From: a virus | Taxonomy: Duplodnaviria > Caudoviricetes | Virus record (IMG/VR): IMGVR_UViG_3300011008_000004 | Coordinates: 32,001-96,000 of that record | DNA: 64,000 bases | Reading direction: 5' to 3' (one strand) | Part shown: in pieces, positions 62,600 through 64,000 of the stretch | How positions within the stretch are numbered: position 1 is the first letter of the stretch | How the letters are laid out: every line of letters starts with the position of its first letter | Position numbers and translations under genes: made by a program | Notes under the pieces: generated by a model | The model's database searches: none | Seen by the model: only the letters and a program-made list of their open reading frames with translations | What the model was told of the DNA's origin: nothing

Positions 62600-64000
62600 A
62601 CTATTCTACTTATCCCGTATCTATCTTTCTCAACAGTAATTATAGAATCTTCAGGCAAATTAAGATCTGAATGGTGCGTAACTATAAATACGCTTTCAAT
62701 ATCATACAATTTATTAGATATTAAATCAATAATCTTCTGGCACCCAAGTCTATCGCAAGCATCAAATAATTCATCTGCAACTAAAATATTACAGCTAAAA
62801 CCTAAAAACTTGCACAACATGTCTCTTATTGCAAACTGAATAATGATATCTACCTTTTTAGCTTCACCACCAGACAGAGACTCAATTTGCTTGCCATCAT
62901 ACATAATATCTATGTTATTTCCATTAAGTATAAAGTCTAATTTATCAGTTCCAAAAACTTCTAAACTATATTCTTTAGCTTTTTCATTTATAAAACTAAT
63001 AACATTAGAAAGCAATAAACCTCTAAAGTCTCTAGTAGCTAATGTAAACATCTTGTTCACAACGCATTGCCTTGCTTCTATATCTTTCTTTATATTATTA
63101 TTATACAATAATTCTTCATTTATAACGCGTGCGCTATTTTCTAAATCAGCGATAGCGGTTACAATACTTTGTTTTAATGTATCAAAAGATTTTCTATCTG
63201 ATTCAAGTTTATTAAGTTTATCTTTGTCAATGTTATAGATTCCTTGTCTTTCATCTACAGTTCTCTTCAAATCATCGTATGATTTTCTAAGAGCATTGCC
63301 TTTTTCATATGATTCTTCTTTTAATTTATTGTAAGTTTTATCAAGTTCATCTATTTCAATCTGTTGTTTATCTGTAATTTCTTTTAATTTTTTATTAAAG
63401 ATATCTAATGTATCATTTGTAGACTTTAATTCATTTTTTAAATTAGTAGTATCGGGCTTATTTACATTGGGAATCTTTTGTCCGCAAGTAGGACAAATAT
63501 CTTTAATATTGTCTATCTTAGTTATTTCATTCTGTAATGAATTAACTTTTAACTTTAACTCAGATATATTTTTATTAGTATCTTCTAAATCCTGTTTATA
63601 CTTACTTTGAATTTCATTCACTTCAGCAGACTTTCTATCTGATAACATAGCATAAACATTACGTTCATTATTTAGATCAGTGAATAAGTTATTTAGTTTA
63701 ACGTTATCAGCCTCTAGATTGACTCTAGTGACTTCTAAAGATGATTTAAGTGTATTTATTTGATTATCTAATTCAATAGTATCACTTAACTCGTTTAATT
63801 TATTTTTATTAGTTTCTACTTGTTCATTTATAGATTCTAATTTAGTATTTTTAGTTAAAATAATATCTTCGACATCTCTTAACTTTTTAGATAGAGCTTG
63901 TTTTCTATCATTTATTCTTGTCTTTAAGTCCTCAATCATAAAGTCTGATTTAGATAACTTTTCAAGAATTTCTTTACGTCCACTTGGAGTATTATTAGTA
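62596..64000 (-). CDS. SbcC/Rad50 (gp46-like) ATPase, 5'-partial
   Basis: Coiled coil, CPTC zinc hook, LSGGE signature, ADELFD Walker B, VTH. Confidence 0.9.
   Translation of the reverse strand, partial: TNNTPSGRKEILEKLSKSDFMIEDLKTRINDRKQALSKKLRDVEDIILTKNTKLESINEQVETNKNKLNELSDTIELDNQINTLKSSLEVTRVNLEADNVKLNNLFTDLNNERNVYAMLSDRKSAEVNEIQSKYKQDLEDTNKNISELKLKVNSLQNEITKIDNIKDICPTCGQKIPNVNKPDTTNLKNELKSTNDTLDIFNKKLKEITDKQQIEIDELDKTYNKLKEESYEKGNALRKSYDDLKRTVDERQGIYNIDKDKLNKLESDRKSFDTLKQSIVTAIADLENSARVINEELLYNNNIKKDIEARQCVVNKMFTLATRDFRGLLLSNVISFINEKAKEYSLEVFGTDKLDFILNGNNIDIMYDGKQIESLSGGEAKKVDIIIQFAIRDMLCKFLGFSCNILVADELFDACDRLGCQKIIDLISNKLYDIESVFIVTHHSDLNLPEDSIITVEKDRYGISRIV

Noticed and set aside
4926-63238. 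All plus-strand ORFs in the track
   Set aside because: They are short, antisense to well-supported minus-strand genes, and have no recognisable motifs; treated as shadow ORFs

Overview
This is a 64-kb segment of a large, AT-rich dsDNA phage genome. Essentially every gene is on the minus strand. Strong Shine-Dalgarno sequences and sigma70/sigmaA-type promoters suggest a Firmicutes-like host (inference). The phage reads TAG as Gln (genetic code 15) in a subset of genes, so the supplied standard-code ORF track fragments or misses them. Read in code 15, the window contains: (1) a full diversity-generating retroelement (target/VR, hairpin, avd, TR, RT) at 9.5-12.9 kb at the end of three paralogous tail-fibre-like genes; (2) an anaerobic ribonucleotide reductase nrdD split into two genes carrying the halves of a split intein, with an amber-rich zinc-finger/PD-(D/E)xK endonuclease between them; (3) a phage-encoded release factor 2; (4) a tnpB element plus a second, gene-less omegaRNA-like mini-element; (5) a dCMP-hydroxymethylase-like, T4 alpha-glucosyltransferase-like and kinase DNA-modification cluster; (6) a long structured leader RNA with competing terminator/antiterminator pairings; (7) two promoter classes. 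The rest is replication, nucleotide-metabolism and small hypothetical genes. Three genes (avd, trxB, topA) show lesions that could be real or assembly errors. All translations and alignments were done by eye and no database searches were run.
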